A stretch of 64,000 bases of DNA from Octopus vulgaris (lineage: Eukaryota): the NCBI GenBank assembly GCA_951406725.2, contig OX597819.1, positions 93,620,001-93,684,000 of the forward strand, in the 5' to 3' direction. Of the stretch, positions 1-11,757 are shown one piece after another. The position numbers and the translations under genes were made by a program. The notes beneath the pieces were generated by a model. It did no database searches, was not told where the DNA came from, and worked only from the letters and a program-made list of their open reading frames with translations. Within the stretch, counting starts at the first letter, position 1. Every line of letters starts with the position of its first letter.

Positions 1-137
1 TCTGAGTTCAAATACCACCGAGGTCGACTCTCATTCTTTCAGAGTCAATAAAATAAGTACCAGTTCAACTGGTCATCATAATCAACTTACCCCTGCCCTG
101 AAATTGCTGACCACATGCCAAAATTTGAAATCAATAT
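1..137 (+). mobile_element. SINE family A, 3' part (cut by window edge)
   Basis: GAGTTCAAAT B-box, cgaggtcgac..., taagtaccag core and gaaattgctg...ccaaaatttgaaa tail, shared with many copies in the window. Confidence 0.8.
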
Positions 138-152
138 TCACATCTGCATTAA

Positions 153-339
153 CCCTTTAGCATTCAAACAAAACATATTCGGCCCAAATACTGCATTTGT
201 TTTATGTTCAAACTGGCCATTCTAAAAGTAAACAATCATATAACTGAAATCTCAAATCTATGAGATAATGCTCAATTAATTCAAAACAATATGAATAAAT
301 AAGTGTTACATTTGACTGAATAATCTAAATACTAAGGGG
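153..339. mobile_element. piggyBac-type MITE
   Basis: TTAA at 149-152 and 340-343; inverted termini ccctttagcatt / aatactaagggg; homologous to 50451-51143 and 62264-62483. Confidence 0.8.
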
Positions 340-694
340 TTAAACCTCAATCATTTTGCATTCTAGTTATCATTACACGTACCATTTTTAGATATCTACC
401 AACGATATAACTAGTAATGGTATTACTCAGTGCAGTAACTCATGTTATCACCTACCTAATGGATCTATTCTCTATCTACTTTGTATAGAATCATAAGTAA
501 AATCTTTTGTTTGATTCTGTTTCCTTAACATTCATCTTCCATGGCTTGGATGACTTTTTCAGGATGTGATAGTCCACAGACCACACCATGCTTCAAAGCA
601 CACATTGGAACTAAATGCAATCCTTGAACCTGTTGGATTCTGTCAAATCTTCCAATTGATGCAAGCATGGTCAACAAACATTATATATATATAC

Positions 695-739
<45 letters not shown>

Positions 740-839
740 AATCCTGATGATGGTGTCACCTTTTCTGTTAGTGTCATCTAATGTGATTGAGAGCTTATTC
801 CTCTTGTTTTAACATGTGCAAACTGATTGTAAACAAAGT

Positions 840-1160
840 ATCATCATCATCATTTAGTGTCCATTTTCCATGCTGGCATGGATTAGACAGTTTGACTGGA
901 GCTGGTAAGCCAGAGAGCTGGTAAGCTGGAGAGCTGGTAAACTGGAGGCTTGGTTTCTATGGCTGGATGCCCTTCCTAACACCAACAAGTCCAAGAGTGT
1001 AGTGGATGCCTTTTACATGTCACTGGCAGGGGTGCCTTTTATGTGTCACCATCACAGGTCCCTTTTATGTGTTACCGGCACTGTCCACAACTACAATTTC
1101 ACCCGGGCTGATGAGTCTTCTCAAGCACAGCAAACTGTTAAAGGTCTTGATTCCTTGTCT
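840..1160 (-). mobile_element. RTE-tail non-autonomous element (family C, (GAT)n tail)
   Basis: catcatcat...ttccatgctggcatgg...ggctggatgcccttcctaac motif; internal 16-bp unit gagctggtaagc repeated 3x at ~900-946. Confidence 0.75.
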
Positions 1161-1319
1161 CATATAAACAGTGTCATTTCATTTGTAGTCTTTGCGTAAG
1201 CAATCTGGGTCCTTGACATGTCTTCATACATAAATGCTGATTGGAAACAAAGCATCACTGTTTATTCACAGAGTGTTAATTGTTTGTAGATCTTTGTAGA
1301 AGCTGTTTGTTGTTCAATA

Positions 1320-1460
1320 GACCCAGGTAATTATACTTTACTTGAAAACAGGTGAGGGTTGGCTTCAGAAAAGGCATCCACTCTTTGATAATTTTTCCAA
1401 AATACTGGCTTGGCTGACCCATGCAAATAAGAAAAAGTAGATATTAAAATGATGTTGGTG
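1320..1460 (+). mobile_element. family C element, degenerate
   Basis: gggttggcttcagaaaaggcatcc...acccatgcaaataagaaaaagtagatattaaaatgatg matches the family C 3' end. Confidence 0.6.
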
Positions 1461-1705
1461 ACGGCAACAATAATAACAACAATAATAATTAAAAGGATAA
1501 TGTATAGTCATTGACTTCTCTAAGAAGCAAAATTTGGAATAGAAATTTTATTTAATACTTTATATTCTTAGACAAAAAAAAACTATGCAATTCAATCAAT
1601 AACTTCTTTTAAAATATACTCAAACAAAATGGTTCAAAGATAAACTGAAAAAGATGCTATTTAATAAATGGTTTTGTCATTATTTCTAGTATGATAATAA
1701 CTAAG

Positions 1706-2077
1706 AACAAGAGCACTCAAAGAGCACAAACCTCCGCCAAGTCAACACCAACGCCCTCTAAACAATTAGCCAAAGATGCTTTTTATAATGAGAATATCTG
1801 AAAATAACTTGACTCTCCTCACAAACAAGAATACTTAAAATGAAACCAACCATTCTCAAAAATTAATTTAAAAAAACAGGAAAAATAATCTAGAATCCTT
1901 GTCGGTACCAGATTGAGCCCAAAATCTCATCAGTTTGTACTAATCACAAGGCCAAATATACCTGAAAGTTTCATCCGAATCTATCCAGCAGTTCTTGAGA
2001 TATCTTATCCACAGACAAACAAAACAAACAAATGTGACTGAAAACAATACCTCCATCCTCGCTAAGGCGGAGATAAT
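1706..2077. mobile_element. non-autonomous DNA element (Crypton-like MITE, tentative class)
   Basis: aacaagagcactc...acctccgccaag at the left end and aaaacaatacctcc...taaggcggagataat at the right end (subterminal inverted cctccgcc/ggcggag); resembles a widespread animal MITE as recalled, not database-checked. Confidence 0.5.
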
Positions 2078-2480
2078 AAGATAATTTACAATATATGAAT
2101 ATTGTAAATATAAATAAAACATATTTCATCACATAAACATGTGATCATATATATATATATTTATTTGTTTATTTAACATATTTGTTCATTTAACATATTT
2201 CTTTAATTTTTTTTTCCTGTTATCACTTGGCTGTGTCAGTGAATCTAAATGTGTTTTGTATTCTTCAAATTATTCTGTGATTAATAGCTTTATGACCTAC
2301 AAAACAATTTGAACTGATTCTCAAGCCATTAATTCAACACCATTACTATTCAATCATCTTCTTGACATGTTACAAGTGAAATTTGAAAAATAAAAATATG
2401 AGTAACTTAGAATAAGAAGTGTGTTAAAATGGAAGTTAGTACCAAATTAGAATATTTTTATTTAAATTACATGTTTTAAA

Positions 2481-2514
2481 ATACTACTACTTCTACTACA
2501 ACTACTACTACTAC

Positions 2515-2568
<54 letters not shown>

Positions 2569-2893
2569 TAATAATGATAACAATAATAATGATAACAATG
2601 ATAATAATAATAATAACAATAATAATAATAATAATAATAATAACAATAATAATAATAATGATAACAATAATAATAATAATGATAACAATAATAATAATAA
2701 TGATAACAATAATGATAACAATAATAATAATAATGATAACAATAATAATAATAATGGTAATGATAATAATAATAATGATAACAATAATAATGATAATAAT
2801 GATAACAATAATAATAATAATAGTAATGATAACAATAATAATAATAATAATAATGATAATGGTAATGATAATAACAATAGTAATAATAATAAT
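2481..2893. repeat. compound (ACT)n-(AAT)n microsatellite with GAT/AAC variants
   Basis: ~410 bp of aat triplets with recurring gataac interruptions; source of the poly-Ile/poly-Leu ORFs. Confidence 0.97.
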
Positions 2894-2896
2894 ATT

Positions 2897-3812
2897 TTTA
2901 CTAAAGACACAAGGCCTGAAAATTTGGGAGCAGGGACGAGTCAATTACATCAACTCCGAAAAGGATAAAAGCAAAGTCAACATCAATGGAATTTGAGCTT
3001 AGAACATAAAGATAAGGTTTTTGCCTAGCATACTAACCACTCTGCCAGGTCACCACCTTATATGTTGATGATAATGATGATGATCCTTTATACTATAGGC
3101 ACAAGGCCTGAAATTTTGTGGGGTGCATACTAGTCGATTACATCAACCCCAGTGTTTCATTGGTACTTAATTTATTGACCCCAAAAGGATGAAAGGCAAA
3201 GTCGACCATGGTGGAATGATAATAAAAATAATAACAATAATGCCCAGATGCAGTACCAGGCAATGGTTCTCATGGCTCCTGGTCCTAACTGATTGGAAGT
3301 GTTATCATGTACATGTTTTGTCTTGGTATGAAAGATGTGTTACAGCAAATATTCTGCTCAATACCACACATTTCTTTGTCAGTTGTTTGACCTTAACCAG
3401 TTGAGCATATCCCTTAATGGCTGGCAATATATGCATCTCTGATCACAAGTGGGAGTAGTGTGGGAACATTATAGCCATATGTTAAGAGGAATTCTTTGGG
3501 GTTTGAATAATTCACCTCTGAAAACATGAGTGTTTTGTTCATCATCCTTAAACAAACATTATTCAGGGACTTTTTGAGCAAGATGGGCCACTCAAGATGA
3601 TGAAAATTGTAACTGGGTCCCACCTGCAAGGTCATGTGCTGTTTATCTTGATATGAGATCACAATGTCATGCACATGGTTGTGAGGCATGTGCATGGTGT
3701 ACCCTTATCAGATGGATATTCATGATGGGTATATTGGGCTTCATAAAGATGGACGAAATGCAGTGATGCACTTTTGCCCCACGTGCTAACAATTCTGCCA
3801 GCTCATCACCTT
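2897..3812 (-). mobile_element. two SINE family A copies, the second interrupted by a family D element
   Basis: cacaaggcctgaaa...gaaaggatgaaaggcaaagtcgac...ctgccagctcatcacctt; head remnant resumes at ~3743 after the insert. Confidence 0.75.
3238..3742 (+). mobile_element. family D non-coding retro-derived element associated with (AAT)n
   Basis: Reverse-complement homolog of 22401-22892 and 53575-53726; preceded by aataataacaataat. Confidence 0.75.
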
Positions 3813-4254
3813 TGATCCACCAATAATATTAGATTCTTGTGATTTTGTATGTATCATTAATATTTTTGTATGCCAATAAGTGCAGATTCTTGTATATTTA
3901 CTTTGTTAGGCCCTCATTACATCATCTAGTACTGTGAAGTCCAAACTGAGAAAGTCGGATGATACTGAAAAAATTTTTAAAGTTGTCTCTCATACTCACC
4001 AAATATCAAAATAATATTAATCTAAGACAAGACCAAAATTGATTCACTGTTTTTCAGGCTGAACACACACTTCAATTTGATGCTGTTTTTAGATTCTAGA
4101 GTGCATTTAAAATAGATCACCATTATAAGTGTTCAGACCAAGTCTTAAATACCCTCTCTTTTCACCTTTCTTTTCTTACTGAACCATAAATAGTGATTTC
4201 CTCTAGCCATGCCAGTCTGGAAGAATCATAAACATGATGGGTTATCTTTCATTT

Positions 4255-5117
4255 TTCTTTTATCTCTTTGAGTCATTGGACACTGGCCATGCTGGACCGC
4301 TGCCCTGAAGGGTTTAGTCAAACAAACTAAGTCCAGTGCATATTATTTTTAAAGTTTGGTACAACACTGGCTGTCAAACAATGTGAGGAGCTAAATGCAG
4401 ACACAAAGACACACACACACACATACACACATATATATATATAGGGCTTACGCAGTTTTTGTCTACCGTAAATCCTCAAGTATAATCCACATTTTTCCAA
4501 AAAAATTTGAAGGTCAAAACCCCTAGTGCATACTGTACACGAGGTTAAAAATGAAAAATATTTTCTAAGCAATGTCCGAATCTCTATTTGCTTTCCGGCA
4601 ATGTTTATTCAGACACATTTTGTGATGTCGGGCATGTAAAAACCTTAAGCTAAGCTTGAAAGCAATGAAGTCATAAAAGAATCATCCATAACTTGCAGTA
4701 AGCAACATTTATTAAAATAAAAGTATTCAGAACACAGAATAACATCTAACAAAAACAATTTGCTAACACATTTACATTCCCATATAACAGTTAAGAACAT
4801 AACCCTTATTGTATTATGCATGCACTGAAGTGTTTGTTTGACTATGTGCTGCTGGCTTAATTTCGCATGACTCAAGTTAGAGAAGTGCATATTATACACA
4901 AGGTTTAGGTTTTTCAGAGGTACGGCCCCCTAAAAATCCCCTGTGTATTATACTCATGGGTGGACTATACTCAAAGATTTATGGGACTAAATTCATTAAC
5001 AATAGTCCTCCCAGGACTATAGTAGAAGACACTTGCCCAAGGTACCATACAATAGGACTGAACCTAGAACCTTGTAGTTGTGAAATAAATTTCTTAACAA
5101 CACATCCATGCCTGCAC
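4255..5117 (-). mobile_element. SINE family B (CORE-like), interrupted by a DNA transposon
   Basis: tagtagaagacacttgcccaagg...actgaacc head and ggccatgctgga tail; split at 4466-4984. Confidence 0.8.
4466..4984. mobile_element. Tc1/mariner-superfamily (Tc2/pogo-like) non-autonomous DNA transposon
   Basis: TIRs ccgtaaatcctcaagtataatccac / gtggactatactcaaagatttatgg; TA at 4464-4465, right copy mutated to GA; host SINE resumes afterwards. Confidence 0.8.
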
Positions 5118-5365
5118 CTATAATTATTGTTAATTTATTAAAATATTAAAATATACAATTCTTGATTAGGCTTACACCACATAATAATAGCTGATTAAGT
5201 ATGTCTGCTGATCACATTATCATGTTCAATCTATTACTGCTAAATTGCGCTTCAAGACATGGAACAAATCTCAGCTGATTTCAGAAAGCAAGTTCCACCA
5301 TACATTTGTGGCTTTAAGGTTTGCAATAGAAATTATACCCAATTGTAAATATTAATCTATTTCAG

Positions 5366-5437
5366 TCATATATCATTGCAAGAATTTTCAAAACACATTT
5401 CACCCATGAATTCATAGGAAAAATGGATGTAAACAAA
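5366..5437 (+). CDS. candidate internal exon (SYIIARIFKTHFTHEFIGKMDVNK)
   Basis: ctatttcag acceptor, AAA|gtaagc donor, 72 nt open phase 0-0, unique sequence; no homology confirmed. Confidence 0.35.
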
Positions 5438-6811
5438 GTAAGCTGAAATAAATTACATTTTGGTCTGTCATATCTATTGTATGTATAATCAATACTGTTA
5501 ATAGAAAGTATTGTTACAATATAATTATAACATACAATATCTATTCTATTCAATATTGTAAAAGAAATACACACATACTCACACATATGCATACATACAT
5601 ACATACATACATACATACATACATACATACATACATACATGCACTACAGAGTATATTATTCTTTAAATACAATAAATGAAATTATTATAATAGGCAATAA
5701 CTTTGCAATATTGTTTTGTAGAATAGATTATTTAAGAACAATGTAACATATAATAGAAAAAGAAACAAATCATTTTGTTTTATGAAATATTTAATATCAG
5801 TGAAGGATAAGTGATGCAAAATAATTTTTGGTCCAAAAATTGGCATTATATGTAGATGATAAGTCAATTAACAGAGAACTAAACATGGGTTACAAACAGA
5901 GAGGTAATTATTTATTTAAACATCACACTTAATATTCTCAACAAAAGAGAAAAATTACTTTTAATTGCTGATTACTAAAAATTATTCTCTCCAAGTCCCT
6001 TGTCTAATTGAAACCAGCCAAAATGCAATATCATTTTAGATATTTGAAAAACAGAGTGATAATTGAAAAGAAATTATCTTACAACTTAATTTGAATAATT
6101 TCTATTCAATTCAATTGTTATTCTTTGGAGAATTAACTTTGTTTTCATTTAATTTTGGCTATCCATGTAGTAAAATGTAATCAACTGCAAAACAATTCCT
6201 TATGGAATGCAACAAGATAGCTTCTGTATTAATGGTTTCTTGATTCCTGTTCTTATTTATAATAGTAGCTGAAATTTGTATTCTATTTATTTATGGATAT
6301 CTATATCAATATTTTATCTGATTTTCTTTGCGGTGTCAAATGAAAAGTTCATTTTGTTTCTGAAATATTTGAGAGAGAGAAAATAATTGTTTTAAGGCTA
6401 GTGTACCAAGCCATTTCCTTTGTATGTTTGAAAGTACGCAGCTGGGTTGTATAGTGCACATGTTAAAAATAAATGATTCTGTGAAACAGTAAAATATGGA
6501 CAGTAAAACTTGAAGTCTAAAATGTTAGAATAATTGAAATACCAGCTTTCTGAGTGGATTTTAACCATACAGCCATATCTGTGCATATCCATGCCAATAC
6601 CTAGGAATGGTCACAACTGTAATTTAAGCAGTCATTAAAATATAGAAGGTTAAAATCAATACAAGACTTAAACATCTCATGCTGTATCCCTGCTATTGCA
6701 AGAATATGTTGTATATCACCTGTGCTGGATTCTCAGTGAAGTAGTAATGAACAACATAGCAGAGAAAGATGCAGATGATTTTATCCATTAGCTTGCCCAT
6801 AAGCATTTGGT

Positions 6812-7150
6812 GAAGGCACATGGTTCAGTGGTTAGAGTGTCAGGCTCGCAATCATGAGGTAGTGATTTCAATTCCTGGACCAGGTTGTGTGTTGTATTCT
6901 TGAGCAAGACACTTCATTTTATGTCATTTCAATTCACTCAGCTGTAGAAATTAATTGCGACATCACTGGTGCCAAGCTGAATCAGCTTTTGCTTTATCCT
7001 TGGATAATGTTGGTGGTCTGGAGAAGGGAGGCTGGTATGCATGGGCAAACTGCTGGTCTTCTATAAACAACATTACCTGGACTTGTGCCTTGGAGGGGAA
7101 CTTTCTAGGTTCAATCCCATGGTCATTCATGACAAAAAGGGGTCTTTACA
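6812..7150 (+). mobile_element. tRNA-headed SINE family F
   Basis: tggttcagtgg A-box, tttcaattcc B-box, cttgagcaagacact core; homologs at 18755-18935 and 35994-36329. Confidence 0.8.
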
Positions 7151-8439
7151 TTCACTAATCATTATTCTTGAGCTATATATGCAACTATTTTTTTTTTTTT
7201 TGTTTTTGCTTAGGAGCCCAGGTGGAGGGTAAAGTTAGACACAGGGACTCAGATCTGAGAGGGTTAAAGAAGAACTGGTGTCAGTGTGTTCATGTAGAAA
7301 GACCCCAATATGTGATGTTCCTGCATGACCATAGTCCAGGGAGTGAAATAAGTTAAAGAAAGCATAAAAGAACAATTTAAAGCATGTTAAATAATGTATA
7401 AATTTTACTTTCTCTCATAGGAATAATGTCTGGCATGTAGAGCTGTCAATTGAAGCTATTGCTATCTCTAAGTTTGTCATTGATATACACACACCCATAC
7501 AGTCACACACACATGCACACACACACACGCGCATACATACGTCTACATGCACAGACAAATCACACTATCACAAAAGTACCTAAATGTATCCTAACCATCT
7601 TGAAGGCATCATACATCATTCGATTTTAATAAGAATGAATGGCCTATTGTCTGATGAGTGGCAACTTGAAAGAAAAACTGCTTGAAGAAAGACAAGTTTC
7701 AGAACCAGTGTGTGACAGAACGCTGAGATAGAATTGAGAATCAGGCGATATACTAAGCAATTCACAATAAAAGAAATGTCATTCAGACTTAATATGAAAT
7801 ACCAGTGTTTTCTGTCAATATGCTATATTTGCAATACATCTGGAGAAGTTCTTTGTATAACCCTTGAAAGATTGGCTCTCTCTACCTTTCTCCCTTTCTC
7901 CCCCCTCTCTCTATTTCTTCCTCTCTCTCTCACACACACACATACACATACACAGATGCACACACACACAACTGATTAAAAAAAATACTTGTGGTTTGTC
8001 AGCCAGCTACTTCTCAACACACCATGTCTAAATACAAGATGAGATGGTCGTGGATGGAATCCCTTTGATAATAATAGGTCTGCTCAATCACAACTGACTA
8101 AGAACTACATAAGCAACAACATATGCGTGCACACACACACACACACATCTACATATGGTAGGTCCTTTGTCAGTTTTAAACATGAGAGTTAAATTGTTCA
8201 ATCAACAGGTCTTAGGTCTTCCTACACATTGAATTAACATATAAATGGCTGTCTATTTCACAAGTATATGTACCCTTAATGCAGTTCTCATGCTAAATCA
8301 ACAGGTAACCTTCTGCACAGTCTCAGTTCACATAATTGTACTTACGAGGTTTTGATAACAGTCACTTACCCTAGATTCCTCGGAGTAGCATCATAACCTG
8401 AACTTCATCATTCAGATACAGACTTCTTTTACATTCACA

Positions 8440-9075
8440 AGCAGTTCCAAGATACATCTTGCCGTGGGATGTATCATCAGTGATATTTCTGGAGTCACAA
8501 GGGATTTCAGGGCTTCCAGCATCAGGCTTTCACCCTACCTGTCCCAGTTGCCCCAGCTGGGGGTTAATCAAACCCTGGATTGCATCCTAGTAGCAGCAGA
8601 CAACCAGCCTGCTTTCTTTATCCAAAGATACCTGGTTTCCTTCCCTGTTGTTTTTGTTCCTTCTAGAGCCATGCCTGGCTCATAAGGGCCGGTTTCCCGG
8701 TTTTCTTGGCGTATAGGTACCCCACCTGGACGGGACGCCAGTCTGTCACAAGTGAGCTTCTAGATGCAGGAGGAAAGAGTGAGAGAAAGTTGTGGTGAAA
8801 GAGTCAGCAGAAGTTCACCATTACCTTCTGCCGGAGCCATGTGGAGCTTAAGTGTTTCACTCATAAACACACACATCGCCCGGTCTGAGATTCAAACCTG
8901 CAATCCCTCGATTGCAAGTCCAATGCTGTAACCACTAGACTATGTGCCTCCACTGGTGGCCTTCCCTGCAGCTTCAGTAATGGAATTTATCATATTCATC
9001 TTTGCTGAACCAATAACCCTAAGCCTAGTCTGAGCCTTGCAGAATGAATGCCCCACAAAACTTCAACAACCCAGA
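8440..9075 (-). mobile_element. HERO/NeSL-like non-LTR retrotransposon 3' fragment (restriction-like endonuclease C-terminus), split by a SINE
   Basis: Minus strand reads GC*SFVGHSFCKAQTRLRVIGSAKMNMINSITEAAGKAT|RYLWIKKAGW, matching the GCRGF...EAAEKATRWLW ending of this clade. Confidence 0.7.
8648..8952 (-). mobile_element. tRNA-headed SINE (MetaSINE-like 3' domain)
   Basis: Head tggaggcacatagtctagtgg...ggtttgaatc; gactggcgtcccgtccagg and gaaaccgg motifs; 16-bp TSD (14/16) at 8632-8647 / 8953-8968. Confidence 0.85.
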
Positions 9076-9691
9076 AAAATAAAATATACTCTGTCTTCTA
9101 AGGTGCAGCATATTCATGCTGCAAAGAATATCAATCACATTATGTTTCCATGCAACAGTAGGTAATTCCAGAATAAACTGATGGTTAGCATCATATTGTA
9201 ATTGGGAATATCAACATGAAGAATTCCTTTGTATAGTCCCAGGTCAGACATGATCAGGTAGACATAACAATCAAAGTGATTTTCAGCCATAACCACCTCT
9301 CTTTTTCTCTCTGTAGTATCATTCCAAAAGTACATTATCTGGTTTTAGTGTCTTTTTCCTTTATTTGAGATTGTTTGGGTTAATTTCAGTGAGATTTATT
9401 GAGGTTGCTGATTCCAGCAGGTCAACAAGTAACCACGCATAGCTTCCATCATGATGTATGATTTGCTTTGTGTTACTTCTATAATGGCTGCAGAGTTAAG
9501 TTACATTGTATTCCTGAACGAAACTGACTGTTTCTTTCTCATGTATGATTCCTCCCTATATGATTTTATACAGTGGTAGTGAAGTTAAAATACACTGCAT
9601 TACCAGCAGTACTCAGACTTGCCAGGATTTTGTTGAATAAGAAAACTAACTACAATCACATGTATGTACTTTGAATCAATTATTTTTAAAG

Positions 9692-9774
9692 ATACATGCA
9701 ATCTGCAGTTGTCTGGGAACATTGATTCTCTCAAAAAGTTTGCATCCAATTCATTGATGAGAAGATGGTTCAAG
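9692..9774 (+). CDS. candidate penultimate exon (..TCNLQLSGNIDSLKKFASNSLMRRWFK); alternative acceptor would start it at 9709
   Basis: tatttttaaag or atctgcag acceptor; strong AAG|gtgagc donor; single open frame ending in phase 0. Confidence 0.45.
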
Positions 9775-10002
9775 GTGAGCTTTATAAAAAAATACACACA
9801 CAAAAAGATTTTAAACCAAAGATATAACTTTACTCTTACATTTTTTTTCTTTTCTAAGTAAACATACATTTTTTTTTCAAAATACTATATCAATACGATT
9901 CTAAGTAACATAATTACTCTAAATGAACTATTTTTCTAATCAATAGCTGTTTGTAATGTTTACTGTAGTAGTTGGGAATATACAATTGACGTAGTTTTTC
10001 AG

Positions 10003-10083
10003 CTTGAAGATAAAAGCAAATTTCTGGAACATTCCAGCCCCTATACAAAACTTCATCTATATAGATGCAAAACAGTGGCCTAA
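10003..10083 (+). CDS. candidate terminal coding exon (LEDKSKFLEHSSPYTKLHLYRCKTVA*)
   Basis: ttgac branch-like site then gtagtttttcag acceptor; phase 0 matches the upstream exon across a 228-nt intron; AATAAA at 10470-10475. Confidence 0.42.
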   Translation, partial: LEDKSKFLEHSSPYTKLHLYRCKTVA

Positions 10084-11757
10084 AACTTAGAGTATACATA
10101 CATCAACTTCTTCTATCCAAGGATTCTTTTTAACCCAGTATTCTTCATGCTATTATTTATAGCTTTATCTGCCTTGAGTTCCATCATTAAAAAGATTTAT
10201 TATATAACTCTTGACATTTCTAAAAAAATGCTTATAATGTAAACAACGCTTTTACATATTAAGATAAGAGAAGAAAAATGATTGCTTCAAGCCCTGTTAT
10301 AGAGATGCCATTCCAATATTTGTGTGTTATTTATATTGTCTGTATTAATTTAAAATATACTGCATAAATGAGACATAACTGCATGTTTATTTCAAATGAT
10401 AATTTTTCCTGTTCTGTTCTGTCCTAATACATGCTTCTCTATGTGATTTTTATATTGACTCTGTTACTGAATAAATAATGTTTTTCACATGTGTCTAACA
10501 GAACAATGATGAGTACTTGTTTTAAATCCTGTTAGAGAGCTTATTACGAAGCATATTCATGAGAAAATACATAAATTCCACTTAATATGTAATCTTCAGA
10601 GCAAACTAACCCGACCCCATGTCATAGGTGCATTTCCTTGCATTACCTAATTTCATTTTTAAAAAATAGATATATAAACATACATGTATACATGCACTCC
10701 CAGCCATTTAAAAGCATGCAAATTTGGAGACACATCTTAACTCATGCTCTCAGTGAATGAAAATGTGAACATAAGCTAGCATAAAAGATAGTTTGATATA
10801 TTGGGATCACTGCCTTATAGCATCCTTTCATCCATTTTTGATAAACTTTTATTAATAACATTCTGCTGCGTTAGGTGTTGTGTCAACTATTAGAGGGATT
10901 CAAATAGAAACTGCAAATTGAATATGTCCTATGGTTTACTGCAGCTTTACTGCAACCCAGAGAAGTAATTATCTGATCCCCAGCTCCATCCAGTTTCATT
11001 GTCCTCCACCTACGCATGCATTCATATACATAAAGCTCTCTTTATTTCTCTTTCTCTTATATTCACTTACACACAATTATGGGTGCTAAAACGTATGCGT
11101 TCTCTCTTTCTTGATCTCTCTTTCTGTTTCTCCTCTCATTCCCACATATGTGCAGTTGTGGTGGTATTGGAGAATGATTGCTTTCCATTGCCTGTCCTTC
11201 AGCATGGCTGTGTGGTTAAGAATTGTATTTCATGTTCCATTCTGTTGTGTAGAACCTTAAGCAGTTTCTTTATACTATAACCTTCAGCTGACCTATACTT
11301 TGTGGGTGAAGAGTATGCTTATTTGTCTACCATCTTTACTCATTCTTTTTATCCACCTCAACTATTTTTTATTCTTTCTATTTTTCTCTTTACCTTTTCT
11401 TAATTTTTTTTTTTTTTTTTTTGATAAAGGACTGCCATCCGAAACATCAAGACGCTTACCTTTGTTTTAAAACTAATACGACATTTGTTATAACTTATCT
11501 CTCCAGTATCCTCTTCTTTTTGTGCTTATAGTCTAGTGTGGGGGGGGGGAGGGAGAGGAACTATTTGTTCCTACATGTATTCACATTAACAATATTTGAG
11601 CAGTTTGGCAGTTTTGCTGGTTTTGTGTGAAGATAAATGGAATAAAAATATGTTTGTAGAATTCTATCTCAAAGAGTACCATCAAACCTATGCCAGCATG
11701 GAAAAAGTTGGACATTGAACTTTGATGATGATGAATACACATACACATGTATATATA

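Noticed and set aside
2462-2996. Long poly-Ile/poly-Leu ORFs (140-160 aa)
   Set aside because: Translations of an (AAT)n microsatellite; no splice or domain support.
5245-5318. Possible exon MEQISADFRKQVPPYICGFK just upstream of 5366
   Set aside because: Would need a 47-nt intron with a weak gtttgc donor; not supportable without transcripts.
7648-7680. CTGATGAG...GAAA hammerhead-like string
   Set aside because: No convincing stem II closing pair, stem III or NUH/stem I.
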